Virus record (IMG/VR): IMGVR_UViG_3300031998_000003
Location: 184,670-248,669 of that record
Origin: a virus
Lineage: Duplodnaviria; Caudoviricetes
Direction: 5' to 3' (one strand)
DNA: 64,000 nt
The translations under genes were made by a program, and so were the position numbers. The notes below the pieces were generated by a model that did no database searches, was not told the DNA's origin, and saw only the letters and a list, made by a program, of their open reading frames with translations. Positions 8,831-18,521 of the stretch are shown here, in pieces (position 1 is the first letter of the stretch; each line of letters begins with the position of its first letter).

Positions 8831-10861
8831 ATGGGCGAACGGTTTGATTGGATGGTGGATCCCAAGTATTCACTGTTCGAAGATCTTAATGACATCGCAA
8901 ATACTGATAAGGAAATCACAACGGCAAAACAAATTCATCAGTTGATCGGAGATCCGATTATCATCGACCGATACAAAGGTCATTTCGATAGTTTGTTTGA
9001 CAGGTTAGTTGGTATTGCCGAGTTGTGTTGGGGTCTAATTGATCCCGATACAAACGACAAACTTCAGCGTACACCGATTAAAATCAAACATTCCGTTGAT
9101 AATAATGATACGACCGATGTGCATGTGATTCCGCTGAATAGACTGTTGTTCTCGTTATCATTCTTACGTCCGCTGATGCCGTATATCGAAGAAATCAATC
9201 TGGATGACTTCCTGCTCAGACGATTTCTGTCACAGAAAGATCGTCAGGTCTACCAAGATATGATTGTCCGAATACTACAGAAACACGGTGTCGCAATCAC
9301 GGATATTCAGGAGAAAATGGCCCGGATGTCTCTGGATTGGAAGATGCTGTTGAAGGATTTTGCTCAAGCGGATGTTGCAATCTTCACAGCAGAGAATCTG
9401 TTCCTGGATCACTATCGTGAGGATGAGACGATTCGCGAGATCAACAACACGGAATATCCATCTGACATGCAGACTGCTGATATCGTTGAAGAAAATGCGA
9501 AACGTTGGAAAGTACTGGAAGGCATCATGACATTGCGAGGAAATCCGTTCTTCCTCTGTAATAAGTATGTCAAAGTGTTGAAACCGAAGCAAGGTGAAGA
9601 GTTGTACATCAACTTCTCTCAGATTCCTGACGGCAGAAACATCATTCCGGTTATCATGAACGGAAATGGATTCCGTGCAGGTTATGACAAGCTTCCGGTG
9701 TTCTACACAGGTGCGATTGCGTCTCGTGTTCCCGACATTATGAACAAAGACTACATGGGTATTGCTGGATATTTCAACAGAAATTTGATGATTCTCTCAT
9801 ATGGAACAATTTCTCCGACAGTCTGGGATTGCGGTTCTCAGAATCCTATTCCGATTGAAATCGATGAAACCATGCTTGAAATGATGGACGGTCGATATTA
9901 TTATAATCAAAAAGGTGATGGCATTCTGCATATTCTCAAGAAAACCGATAGAGATAAACTCGGAAAGAAGTTGTGGTTCCGTTCTCCATGTACATGTAAT
10001 CTGAATGAAGACTGCTGTCACATCTGCTACGGAACACGTGCCCTAAAGGTTGGTGACTTGAAGGGTGGATTCGTGTACACAACGGAGCAACTGACAAACC
10101 CCGTTCAACAGAATATTCTGTCGGCAAAACATCTGTTGAAATCAAATGCTGAGAAAATCGTATTCTCAACAAACTTCGATAAGTATTTCGTCATGGACAT
10201 GTCTATCATTATGCCGAAAGACGATAAGAAGTTTGACATCTATATTCGTGAGGATTATCTGGACAATATCTCTGAACAGTTTACATGCTATATCGGAAAA
10301 GATCTGGAACCAGTTACAATTTCCAATTACGCTTCTATCAATATTCCGGAAGCCGTGTTGGATAAATGTAAAGAAGTTACGATTGATGATGTGTCCTATT
10401 ATAAGATCACATCGTACAAGATACTTGAATCCGGTGGTCAGTTCTGTATGATCATTCCGATCAATATCATGATGACACAGCGTTACATGGATATCATGAG
10501 ACTGTTTGAACTCGACATTACAAAGTTTGAGAAGGTGGAAGACATTGTTACACGTCTTGCACATATGACACATAACCTAATTCCGATTCTGTCAACACAC
10601 GGTGAGATTCTGATTGGACATCATCTGCGTGCAATTGATAACAAGCTTCTTCGACCGAACTGGCTTGTTCCGGATCAGAAGTATCAGATCATGAGACTGA
10701 AGACAGTCCTTCAGAATACGGAATCGTTTACCACAGCACTTGCATTCGAGCAAACAAAACACCATCTGCTACATACGATCTTCGACGAGAGAAATGCTGT
10801 TAAGCGTGTTGGTGTTCGTTCGTTCCATGACTACATGTTTGGAGAGGAGTATGCAATTTGA
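8831..10861 (+). CDS. RNA polymerase beta-prime C-terminal half (probably non-virion RNAP)
   Basis: Bridge-helix-like AGYFNRNL, DCGS, GRYY, Zn site RSPCTC...CHICYG, trigger-loop-like QQNILSAKHLL; lies in an early operon. Confidence 0.85.
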   Translation: MGERFDWMVDPKYSLFEDLNDIANTDKEITTAKQIHQLIGDPIIIDRYKGHFDSLFDRLVGIAELCWGLIDPDTNDKLQRTPIKIKHSVDNNDTTDVHVIPLNRLLFSLSFLRPLMPYIEEINLDDFLLRRFLSQKDRQVYQDMIVRILQKHGVAITDIQEKMARMSLDWKMLLKDFAQADVAIFTAENLFLDHYREDETIREINNTEYPSDMQTADIVEENAKRWKVLEGIMTLRGNPFFLCNKYVKVLKPKQGEELYINFSQIPDGRNIIPVIMNGNGFRAGYDKLPVFYTGAIASRVPDIMNKDYMGIAGYFNRNLMILSYGTISPTVWDCGSQNPIPIEIDETMLEMMDGRYYYNQKGDGILHILKKTDRDKLGKKLWFRSPCTCNLNEDCCHICYGTRALKVGDLKGGFVYTTEQLTNPVQQNILSAKHLLKSNAEKIVFSTNFDKYFVMDMSIIMPKDDKKFDIYIREDYLDNISEQFTCYIGKDLEPVTISNYASINIPEAVLDKCKEVTIDDVSYYKITSYKILESGGQFCMIIPINIMMTQRYMDIMRLFELDITKFEKVEDIVTRLAHMTHNLIPILSTHGEILIGHHLRAIDNKLLRPNWLVPDQKYQIMRLKTVLQNTESFTTALAFEQTKHHLLHTIFDERNAVKRVGVRSFHDYMFGEEYAI

Positions 10862-11904
10862 ATAAAGTATCAGTGGGTCCGATCAGTGGCATGCTCAAAC
10901 CCAGATACAAAGTGATCTCTACACATTTGGGTGAAATATATAATCCGCTGCACGGGCTGGATGTATTCATCGATTTCAATTCATTCGTTCATAGCATATC
11001 CCGATATCAGAAGTATCTTAACTATCTTCCGTTCTCAGGTCCGGAGGTTGAGGTTGATCTGATTTCGGCATTTCTGACGACGTTAAATCATTGGAAAAAC
11101 TTCGTGAAGAAATGGGACAATATTCGTGTCATCGGATTTCTGAATAAGTTCGAAATGGGACGTCTTTGTGAGGCGTCCCAAATCAAATCGTATTTGGTTC
11201 CATACATGAATGCGTTCAAAGCAGATAGAATGCAGCAGATTGTTTATTATGTGACAGAGGCTGTTCAGAAGGTACAAACAATTCTGAAGTATGTACCGAA
11301 TATGTATCTGATCACATGTGATCAATTTGATTCAATGATGATTCCGAATATTCTGGATGACTACGAGAAGTCCGGTCGACGTCGTATCATCATTTCCGGT
11401 AATCAGTTGCTCACTGGTTATTGTCTACAACCGAACACACATGTTTTGTATTCAAGATATGGCAAACAGGGTATGCACCAGCTGTCAGATCTCGTGATGA
11501 TTGCAAAGTCAATCACGAAGGTTGAAGATGATATCGTCGCGGAGTTCACAAAGAACAAAGTCTTCTATAATCTTCTGCTTGTGATTGTTGGTGATTTCGA
11601 ACGAGGTATCGTTGGTTTGACACAAATGGGAATCACGACATTTGCGTATAATCTGTTGAGAGGTATCGAACAAGGTACCATCACAGCAAATCCCAAATCA
11701 GTTGAATCATGCCTGCCGATCATTGACAAAGTATACCATAAGTATGTATTGGATTCATATCCGTTGGTGGATATTGATTCACATACGAAGCTGATTAAAC
11801 AATCTGCAATAGAAGAAGTCAAAACGAGCATGATTGACTTTGTCGATATTGATGGATTGAGAAGTTTATCGATTGATGGATTGAATCTGTTGGAACTGCT
11901 ATAA
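10858..11904 (+). CDS. PIN/FEN-like 5'-3' exonuclease homolog with H3TH motif, apparently degenerate
   Basis: VFIDFNSF, IIISGN, GDFERGIVGLTQMGITT; TTG start overlapping the upstream TGA, RBS GAGGAG. Confidence 0.6.
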   Translation: MNKVSVGPISGMLKPRYKVISTHLGEIYNPLHGLDVFIDFNSFVHSISRYQKYLNYLPFSGPEVEVDLISAFLTTLNHWKNFVKKWDNIRVIGFLNKFEMGRLCEASQIKSYLVPYMNAFKADRMQQIVYYVTEAVQKVQTILKYVPNMYLITCDQFDSMMIPNILDDYEKSGRRRIIISGNQLLTGYCLQPNTHVLYSRYGKQGMHQLSDLVMIAKSITKVEDDIVAEFTKNKVFYNLLLVIVGDFERGIVGLTQMGITTFAYNLLRGIEQGTITANPKSVESCLPIIDKVYHKYVLDSYPLVDIDSHTKLIKQSAIEEVKTSMIDFVDIDGLRSLSIDGLNLLELL

Positions 11905-11905
11905 C

Positions 11906-11940
11906 GGACGGGGGCCTCGTGCCCCCGTTTTGTTTTTCTT
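11906..11940 (+). terminator. Intrinsic terminator
   Basis: GGACGGGGGC-CTCGT-GCCCCCGTTT plus T-rich tail. Confidence 0.8.
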
Positions 11941-11945
11941 ATCGA

Positions 11946-11954
11946 TATATTATT
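11946..11954 (+). promoter_or_regulatory. Early-type promoter TATATTATT
   Basis: Exact motif between a terminator and the ATPase RBS. Confidence 0.7.
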
Positions 11955-11996
11955 ATATTGGCAATACCCAAATACTATACAAAGGAGAACAAATAT

Positions 11997-13184
11997 ATGG
12001 AAGAAAAAATCATGCCCTTTGTCAATCCATTAATTATCAGAGGGATTGACGGAGTTGTATCACTCATCAGAGGTAAGGCCCTGAAAACATTTGACATTTC
12101 TCCGCTGCTGTATAAGGATTCGGCACCGGAAGTTATGTCAAAATATTTCAAAAGCATACCAACAAGTCTCGTGATCGATCACAGATCAAGCTTCGAAGTT
12201 GATCAGAACGAGATTAAGTATGTGCAGCGTGCAGCCATACTGTCGAAATCTAATGTTGTAGATTTCACATTTTACAGACACACATTGATTATCCTTTCAA
12301 TGACATCAATGAGGAGTAACGATGGTACCTATTATGAGGATTGGATGATTCAATGTCTGAGCAACAAACACGACATCGCGATGACAATCGACTTTATGAA
12401 AAAGCTTAACAGGGAAATCAGATACGTTGGTGACCAAACTGCTAACGAACGATTCTCGATCGTTAAGAGCACGAACAGCATCATCACACAACATAACAGA
12501 CCAATACGGTCATGGGATAATGTGTTCATCCCAATTGAAACCGAAACACTGATTCGTGAATCTCTGCATAAGTTCGCGAATTCTGTGAACTGGTATCGGG
12601 AACACAAAATCCCGTATCATTTCGGAATTCTGTTACATGGCAATCCCGGAACGGGAAAGTCATCTGTTGTGCAGGCGATTACACAGGAGATTCCATGTGA
12701 TGTATGTGTGATCCCGCCTGGTGAATTATGGAATGCACTTGAGGAAGGCATCTTCACAAATTACAGAGATCTTTATCGGCATCAGGTTATTATCATCGAA
12801 GATGTCGACACAAATTGCTTTGGAAGGGAATCAGATGACAATTTTGCTATGAAGACGCAGGACATCGGTATGAGTCCGGAACTGCTCGGAAAGCTTCTGA
12901 ATTATATGGACGGATATGGCTCACCGGATGGCACAATCTGGATCTTGACAACGAATCACATTGACAAGTTGGATCCGGCATTGGTTCGTCCTGGACGCAT
13001 TGATCTCAACATCGAGATTGGTCCTGCAACTGACGAAACATTTAAGAAGTTTATGAAGTTCCATTACGGATACGAAGTTCCTGACACATATCATATCAGA
13101 GATGGAATGTTGTTTGGTGATCTTCAGACGAAAGTTATGCTCGGCTGGACACCTGAACAGATCCTCGATTATTCCAGAATCTGA
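11997..13184 (+). CDS. AAA+ ATPase, BCS1-like
   Basis: WYREHKIPYHFGILLHGNPGTGKSS, IIIEDVD, LLNYMDG, TTNHIDKLDPALVRPGRID; start refined to ATG 11997 after AAAGGAG. Confidence 0.85.
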   Translation: MEEKIMPFVNPLIIRGIDGVVSLIRGKALKTFDISPLLYKDSAPEVMSKYFKSIPTSLVIDHRSSFEVDQNEIKYVQRAAILSKSNVVDFTFYRHTLIILSMTSMRSNDGTYYEDWMIQCLSNKHDIAMTIDFMKKLNREIRYVGDQTANERFSIVKSTNSIITQHNRPIRSWDNVFIPIETETLIRESLHKFANSVNWYREHKIPYHFGILLHGNPGTGKSSVVQAITQEIPCDVCVIPPGELWNALEEGIFTNYRDLYRHQVIIIEDVDTNCFGRESDDNFAMKTQDIGMSPELLGKLLNYMDGYGSPDGTIWILTTNHIDKLDPALVRPGRIDLNIEIGPATDETFKKFMKFHYGYEVPDTYHIRDGMLFGDLQTKVMLGWTPEQILDYSRI

Positions 13185-13188
13185 TCTA

Positions 13189-13197
13189 TATATTATT
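13189..13197 (+). promoter_or_regulatory. Early-type promoter TATATTATT
   Basis: Exact motif, followed by a 5' hairpin and RBS. Confidence 0.7.
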
Positions 13198-13255
13198 AAT
13201 GTGCAATATCCGGAATGCAAATTTCTGGATAAATAAAAACGAAAGGAAAATTACT

Positions 13256-13792
13256 ATGGCAAACAAAAAATCGCAACCAAAGAACTTTGTAGAGGAAGTA
13301 TTCAACGGGGGTATTAGCGAGGCTGCGAATGCGACTGCCAAAAGTCAACCGCAACACACTCAACCCATCACACCTGCTGTATCTACTGGTGGATTCGGCA
13401 CACCGATGATGGTTCCTCAGCCGACATTCCCGAATCCACAAGCCGCAGCAGCTGTCTTCCAGCAGTACAATGACTGCTGTAAGTCGCTCATTCCTGGGAC
13501 AACGATCGGAACATATATCCGCTGTACAGGAGCGGAATTTGTTATCGATAATTGGAAACTGGGTGGTCTGTACCGTATTGAGACAACAGACCACCATTGT
13601 GTCGCGTTTCTGACAAAGAAAACACCGGAGTCTCTGGAGTTTTCATCCGTTGACGACAATGGTGACAATGTTGTCTTTGAGATCAAAGCCAATGATTTGT
13701 GCTGTGATTTCCAAGAGAAGACTGAGGGATACCCATTTACAAGGATGATTCAAATTCCAACAAACCCTATAGTCATTTACCCGCTCAGATAA
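13256..13792 (+). CDS. Hypothetical early protein
   Basis: GAAAGGA-ATG at 13256; P/Q-rich N-terminus. Confidence 0.75.
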   Translation: MANKKSQPKNFVEEVFNGGISEAANATAKSQPQHTQPITPAVSTGGFGTPMMVPQPTFPNPQAAAAVFQQYNDCCKSLIPGTTIGTYIRCTGAEFVIDNWKLGGLYRIETTDHHCVAFLTKKTPESLEFSSVDDNGDNVVFEIKANDLCCDFQEKTEGYPFTRMIQIPTNPIVIYPLR

Positions 13793-13822
13793 ATAATGCT
13801 ATTGTAAAGGAGAACATCAAAA

Positions 13823-14554
13823 ATGAAAGAGAAAAAAATGAACTGGTTTACCAGCCAAAAATTGGCGGCGTGGGGTATCTCCGTGATCCCCCGCCCCGAT
13901 TATTGGGACAACAAGAACCGAAAGATGACGATAGTCATTGATGAGTCGCTCGATGACGACACAATGGTTATTGAGGACGGCATCACCTTCCGGATGTCCG
14001 TCTGGGCTGCGGATGAATTTGTTGCAACGTTAACTGGAAACATTTGTGACAAATTCATGGAAACATTTGTTTCCGCAATCAACTCCTATGCAAAATGGAA
14101 TATGGTGTTGATTAAAAAGGCTTCTGGCACATCGTTCCTGGAGCAGGCCTTTGAAAGAATTCAGTTCGTTCTCGATATATATCACGTCGGAATCAAACGG
14201 TTCACCGAGCTTGATTATATCAAGTGCGTTCGTCACTTCGGTGGTGAGCGCAACTTCCGCCAAATCGTTTGTGACGCAATAAACTATAATCTCGCAGACG
14301 AAATGACGATGTGCTTAATCTGCAAGAACTGCAGATGCAAGCGCAACGGTGAACGCGTTTGCCGGAAAGTATTTGTTCCTGTAGATGAGGGTAATGGCGT
14401 TCGTACACTGCGTGTGTCGGCCGATTATCCTATCAGCAATAAGTTGAAGGATATCATTCCGACGTTCGAGCAGCGTGAAGAATGCAGCTGTTTCGAACCG
14501 AACGGAACAGCAATTATCGACTGGGCAGTCCGGTTCCGGAACGCCCATTTTTGA
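13823..14554 (+). CDS. Hypothetical early protein with Cys-rich C-terminus
   Basis: AAAGGAG RBS; CLICKNCRC...C...CSCF. Confidence 0.75.
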   Translation: MKEKKMNWFTSQKLAAWGISVIPRPDYWDNKNRKMTIVIDESLDDDTMVIEDGITFRMSVWAADEFVATLTGNICDKFMETFVSAINSYAKWNMVLIKKASGTSFLEQAFERIQFVLDIYHVGIKRFTELDYIKCVRHFGGERNFRQIVCDAINYNLADEMTMCLICKNCRCKRNGERVCRKVFVPVDEGNGVRTLRVSADYPISNKLKDIIPTFEQREECSCFEPNGTAIIDWAVRFRNAHF

Positions 14555-14572
14555 AGGGAGGTTTGATGATCA

Positions 14573-14809
14573 ATGGGAATTTTGTCAGATTTATTGACCG
14601 GGGCCGTTACCCGTCCCGGCATCAAAGTGATTGACAATAAGTTGGTTACTTTCGAGGGTTTTGATGCGATGCGTCAGAACTCAGATGTTGTTCACGAGAT
14701 TGTTCCGGACAACAAGAATCAGCCCGGTCCCACGAACTTTGCAAACTGGGGACTGGACGAAAATGGTCAACCGGTTTGCATTGATTATCCGGAAGGAGTT
14801 GACGAATAA
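14573..14809 (+). CDS. Hypothetical protein
   Basis: GGGAGG RBS, 78 aa. Confidence 0.7.
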   Translation: MGILSDLLTGAVTRPGIKVIDNKLVTFEGFDAMRQNSDVVHEIVPDNKNQPGPTNFANWGLDENGQPVCIDYPEGVDE

Positions 14810-14916
14810 TGAGGATTCTCATCAAGGCATTTTTGTATGCTGCATTCGGCTGGTTGGTTCTCAAGAACTATCAGCCGAACGTGGTGTACGAGCAGACTGT
14901 TCATATCAATCGATAA
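14809..14916 (+). CDS. Small hydrophobic peptide (35 aa), not in ORF track
   Basis: TAATG stop/start overlap, RBS AAGGAG; MRILIKAFLYAAFGWLVLKNYQPNVVYEQTVHINR; ends just before a terminator. Confidence 0.6.
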   Translation: MRILIKAFLYAAFGWLVLKNYQPNVVYEQTVHINR

Positions 14917-14920
14917 GAAG

Positions 14921-14960
14921 AGGGGCGCTTCGGCGCCCCTACTTTTCTTTTTTCTTTCTT
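14921..14960 (+). terminator. Intrinsic terminator
   Basis: AGGGGCGC-TTCG-GCGCCCCT plus long T-rich tail. Confidence 0.85.
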
Positions 14961-14972
14961 ATAAGGAGTAAA

Positions 14973-14984
14973 AACGACTTCATA
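14973..14984 (+). promoter_or_regulatory. Late-type promoter AACG-N6-TA (fibre cassette)
   Basis: AACG ACTTCA TA between the terminator and the RBS. Confidence 0.6.
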
Positions 14985-15008
14985 ATACTTTGGAAAGGAG
15001 CTGATCGT

Positions 15009-15215
15009 ATGGCCGACAGTCGTATTGATCCGAAAACACCTTTGATATTTGAAGTTCCTGACGGACAAATTGTTGTCTGTACATGGGCTTATATCGTGAG
15101 TCGTATCACACCAATGTTCGATTCAATCACACAGTCACTCAATAACTCGAATGGTTCACTCCGAATCATTGAGAGCAAGCTCGCTGAGTGGGCTGAAGAC
15201 CAGGACAATGCTTGA
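15009..15215 (+). CDS. Small hypothetical protein (likely structural)
   Basis: GAAAGGAG-ATG at 15009; the upstream part of ORF 14631 crosses a terminator and is spurious. Confidence 0.7.
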   Translation: MADSRIDPKTPLIFEVPDGQIVVCTWAYIVSRITPMFDSITQSLNNSNGSLRIIESKLAEWAEDQDNA

Positions 15216-15230
15216 AAGGAGTGAGATAAA

Positions 15231-15665
15231 ATGGCTGAACAGCAAGAGCAAATCTTTACCGCGTTGATCAATGTTATACAAGAACATGAAAGACTGCTTG
15301 CATCAATTGCGGATAAGCTAAGTCGTATTGAGTCTATTGGTGGAGGTGGTGGATCCGCTTCTATCGAAGATTATGAACCTGGTAAGGTGTACAAGAGAAA
15401 CACATTACTTGTTGATCGTAATACGGAGACTGTGTATCGTTCTCTCGCAGAACCGAGCTACACATCAGTATCTGTAGAAACTGATCTCCAGAATCGTAAC
15501 CTCAAACTTGTTGGTTTCGAATCTCAGATTGTTTCGTTCGATCACAACCCGTCTCAGAGCGAAATCGATACACTGCCTGATGAGACATTTGTTGCTGTTT
15601 ATTCCTCTATGGATAAACCGTACAATCCTGACATAATCACACCGACATCAAATAACAATTCCTAA
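15231..15665 (+). CDS. Tail-fibre-associated protein with CBM5/12-like module
   Basis: Coiled-coil N-terminus, Gly linker, EDYEPGKVYKRNTLL...SVETD module resembling repeats in the 31622 fibre. Confidence 0.65.
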   Translation: MAEQQEQIFTALINVIQEHERLLASIADKLSRIESIGGGGGSASIEDYEPGKVYKRNTLLVDRNTETVYRSLAEPSYTSVSVETDLQNRNLKLVGFESQIVSFDHNPSQSEIDTLPDETFVAVYSSMDKPYNPDIITPTSNNNS

Positions 15666-15684
15666 TTATGTGAGGTGAATTATT

Positions 15685-18498
15685 TTGAGCACGTTATATG
15701 GATATAACAATTCTTTGTGGAAAGAAATACACCGATTCACATACACCGGAGCACCAGAGAAATTCACCTTGCAACCTGGAACATATCTTTTCCAGTGTCA
15801 TGGTGCTCATGGTGGACAAAATGTGCCAATAGCTTCCGACGTAAAACATTCATACCAATATGGCGGTCTCTCAATTGGTATATTAACTCTAGATGAAGAG
15901 ACTGATTTCTATGCCGTTGTCGGTGGTGATGGAACCGATGGCTCTAAATCAAACGTCGGTGCCGGTGGATATAATGGCGGCGGTTTTGGCGGATTCAGTT
16001 ACAGTTCAACTTACTGCAATGGCAGCGGTGGTGGTGGTGCAACTGATATTCGGTTAAATGTTCCAGAAGACTTTGAACCTGAGGAACCTATTCCAACACC
16101 AGGTATCCCCGGATGGTTTAAAGAATATGAATATATATCAAACCATGTGTCCAAGCAGGGTTATTTCAATACAGGATATATTGCAAAAGAAAACACTGTG
16201 ATTGAAGTCAAAGTGTCTACAACTTCACCAATCGCTGACGGTTTTGTATTTGGCGCCAGAAATGGTGCTACCAATAGAGAATTCTGCTTACTTCTGAATG
16301 AAGGTCCATATTCTGACAAACCAGAAATGTCATCATATGTTCATGGTCAGTATATGTCATATGGTTGGTCGACTGGATGGGCCGCGGACCCTCCGACAAT
16401 ATTTGCAGTCGATAATTTGTTTGACGAACACGTATACAGAATGTCGAAAGACGGTGTTTGGGTTGATGGTGAGCTCAAACAAACAATCCCACCTCAAACT
16501 TACACTGCATCAACCCGACCAATCTTTCTGTTCGGATGTAATAATGATGGATATTTTGGAAAACAATTCCAAGGTGATCTGTATTACTGTAAAATCTGGG
16601 AAGGTGACACATTAGTCCATCATTATGTGCCGGGAATTGACATGCCTCGTGGTGTCAATTGTCTATATGATTTGTGTACTGGTGGTGCATTGGATCCTTC
16701 AGATGTTAGTAAATTTACAGTTGGACCATTTCCAGTTGAGGACACTCGGCTTCAAAAATCATTGCTTACCAGAATTATGGTTGCTGGCGGCGGCGGCGGT
16801 GGAACCATGATGGCACAGCAGACATCAATTGATAATTCATTCAACTGTGCAGTTGGTGGTGGTATTGTCGGAGGACCGATCCAAATAAATAAATCGTTAT
16901 TTGATAATGGAAGGTATGCTTCACAGACAAATGGCTATTCATTTGGAATTGGTCAAACACCAGCAAAATCAATAACAACTGGAAATTGTGATGCCGAAGG
17001 GCGCAGTGGCGGAGGTGGTGGTTGGTACGGCGGCTGGGCTTGTACAACCTATAGTGGCAACTATACTTCCGGAAATGGTGCTGGTGGTTCTGGATACGTT
17101 TTAACAGAATCATCATATAAACCCGAAGGTTATGAAGTTCCAGAGAAGTTTTACATGAGAAACTGGTATATGAAAGCTGGTGCCGCTGAAACTGCATGTG
17201 TTATCATCAGTCAGTTGACTGATGATGTTGTCGCAGGTGACGTGATTAAATATTACCCTATTGGAAAAGGTTGTCGCACATCATTACCAGCCGGAACATA
17301 TATATTCAAATGCTGGGGTGCAGATGGCGGAACTCGATACTCCAGAGCATCTGATGGTTCGTATGCTTGTGGAGGTTATTCACAAGGAACATACATAACA
17401 CCCAATAGTTTTAATGCGTATATTCACGTCGGTGGATCTGGTATGAATGATTCACAAATCTCATCCGAATTTGTGAATCAGCTTTGTCCCGATATCAGAT
17501 ACAACGGCGGTGGTGCTCCGGCGGCATACGGCACAAAGATGACTGGACACTCCGGTGGAGGTGCAACCGATATCAGAATCAATTTTGATTCGTTGTATGC
17601 TAGAGTCATTGTTGCAGGTGGTGCAGGTGGTACTAGTTATGACGGATATGAAGCCGGTAACGGTGGTGGTGAAATCGGTGGTTCACCAAAATCTGGAGGC
17701 GGTACATGCCCGGGCCCTGGAACACAAACGTCATCACCAATGTCATTAGATTATCCCACGATAAATGGTGGATTCGGTTACGGCGGAAATGCTGGATATA
17801 GAAACACATCATACATCGGTGGTGCTGGTGGTGGAGGCTGGTATGGCGGATCTGGAACAATGCCAATACAAAACTCGAGCAATGCCCGAGGTGGAGCCGG
17901 TGGATCCGGATTTGTATTGACATCAGCATCGATCGAAAATGTGCCACAAGACTATCTATTGGATGAGACACATTGTTTATCGGAAGCCACAACAACTGTT
18001 GGTGGTAATAGATTACCTGCAGGATTTTCAAAAGCTGAAATTGAGGTTGTACAATCATACCAACAAAAAGTGTTGTGCCGTGATTCAGATGGTATCAAAT
18101 ATCTGGATCAAAATGATCAAACCTGGAAGCTTCTTCAAACACAAGAACTGACGGTCGCTACATTTTCAGCATATGGTGTTGGAATAATATCATCTGATAT
18201 TGGTCTTCAGGAAGAATTTGAGATTCTCACTTGGGATCCGACAGACTCTGTTACACATATCGACATCAATGTTACTCCAAACAAACAAACAGTTCAACAG
18301 ATTACAGTATCATCACTTCCAATCAAGAAAACATATTTTGATTTGGATTATGATAAAACAAAGTTTGACGTAGATCTGAAGGTTGTAAGACACCAAGCAG
18401 GTCCAAATACCGAACTCATCACAAATGTGACGATTGATAAGCTTGTTCCAACCAATGAAGATACGAAGATATACTATGCGACATATCTGACAAAATAA
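15685..18498 (+). CDS. Glycine-rich tail/receptor-binding protein with LamG/ConA-like insertion
   Basis: Two Gly-rich domains (GYNGGG, GGGATDIR, RIxVAGGxGG, GGGGWYGG, GAGGSG); insert YFNTGY...IFLFGCN..GDLYYCKIW..LVHHYVP. Confidence 0.8.
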   Translation: MSTLYGYNNSLWKEIHRFTYTGAPEKFTLQPGTYLFQCHGAHGGQNVPIASDVKHSYQYGGLSIGILTLDEETDFYAVVGGDGTDGSKSNVGAGGYNGGGFGGFSYSSTYCNGSGGGGATDIRLNVPEDFEPEEPIPTPGIPGWFKEYEYISNHVSKQGYFNTGYIAKENTVIEVKVSTTSPIADGFVFGARNGATNREFCLLLNEGPYSDKPEMSSYVHGQYMSYGWSTGWAADPPTIFAVDNLFDEHVYRMSKDGVWVDGELKQTIPPQTYTASTRPIFLFGCNNDGYFGKQFQGDLYYCKIWEGDTLVHHYVPGIDMPRGVNCLYDLCTGGALDPSDVSKFTVGPFPVEDTRLQKSLLTRIMVAGGGGGGTMMAQQTSIDNSFNCAVGGGIVGGPIQINKSLFDNGRYASQTNGYSFGIGQTPAKSITTGNCDAEGRSGGGGGWYGGWACTTYSGNYTSGNGAGGSGYVLTESSYKPEGYEVPEKFYMRNWYMKAGAAETACVIISQLTDDVVAGDVIKYYPIGKGCRTSLPAGTYIFKCWGADGGTRYSRASDGSYACGGYSQGTYITPNSFNAYIHVGGSGMNDSQISSEFVNQLCPDIRYNGGGAPAAYGTKMTGHSGGGATDIRINFDSLYARVIVAGGAGGTSYDGYEAGNGGGEIGGSPKSGGGTCPGPGTQTSSPMSLDYPTINGGFGYGGNAGYRNTSYIGGAGGGGWYGGSGTMPIQNSSNARGGAGGSGFVLTSASIENVPQDYLLDETHCLSEATTTVGGNRLPAGFSKAEIEVVQSYQQKVLCRDSDGIKYLDQNDQTWKLLQTQELTVATFSAYGVGIISSDIGLQEEFEILTWDPTDSVTHIDINVTPNKQTVQQITVSSLPIKKTYFDLDYDKTKFDVDLKVVRHQAGPNTELITNVTIDKLVPTNEDTKIYYATYLTK

Positions 18499-18521
18499 TC
18501 GAAGAAAGGAGATAAACGTGT

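Noticed and set aside
4218-10861. Introns or inteins in the RNAP or gyrB genes, as occur in AR9
   Set aside because: Reading frames are continuous; no homing endonuclease or intein splice motifs seen
14631-15008. N-terminal extensions of ORFs 14631, 11919, 47438 and 48985
   Set aside because: They run through terminators or promoters; strong RBS-ATG starts lie downstream
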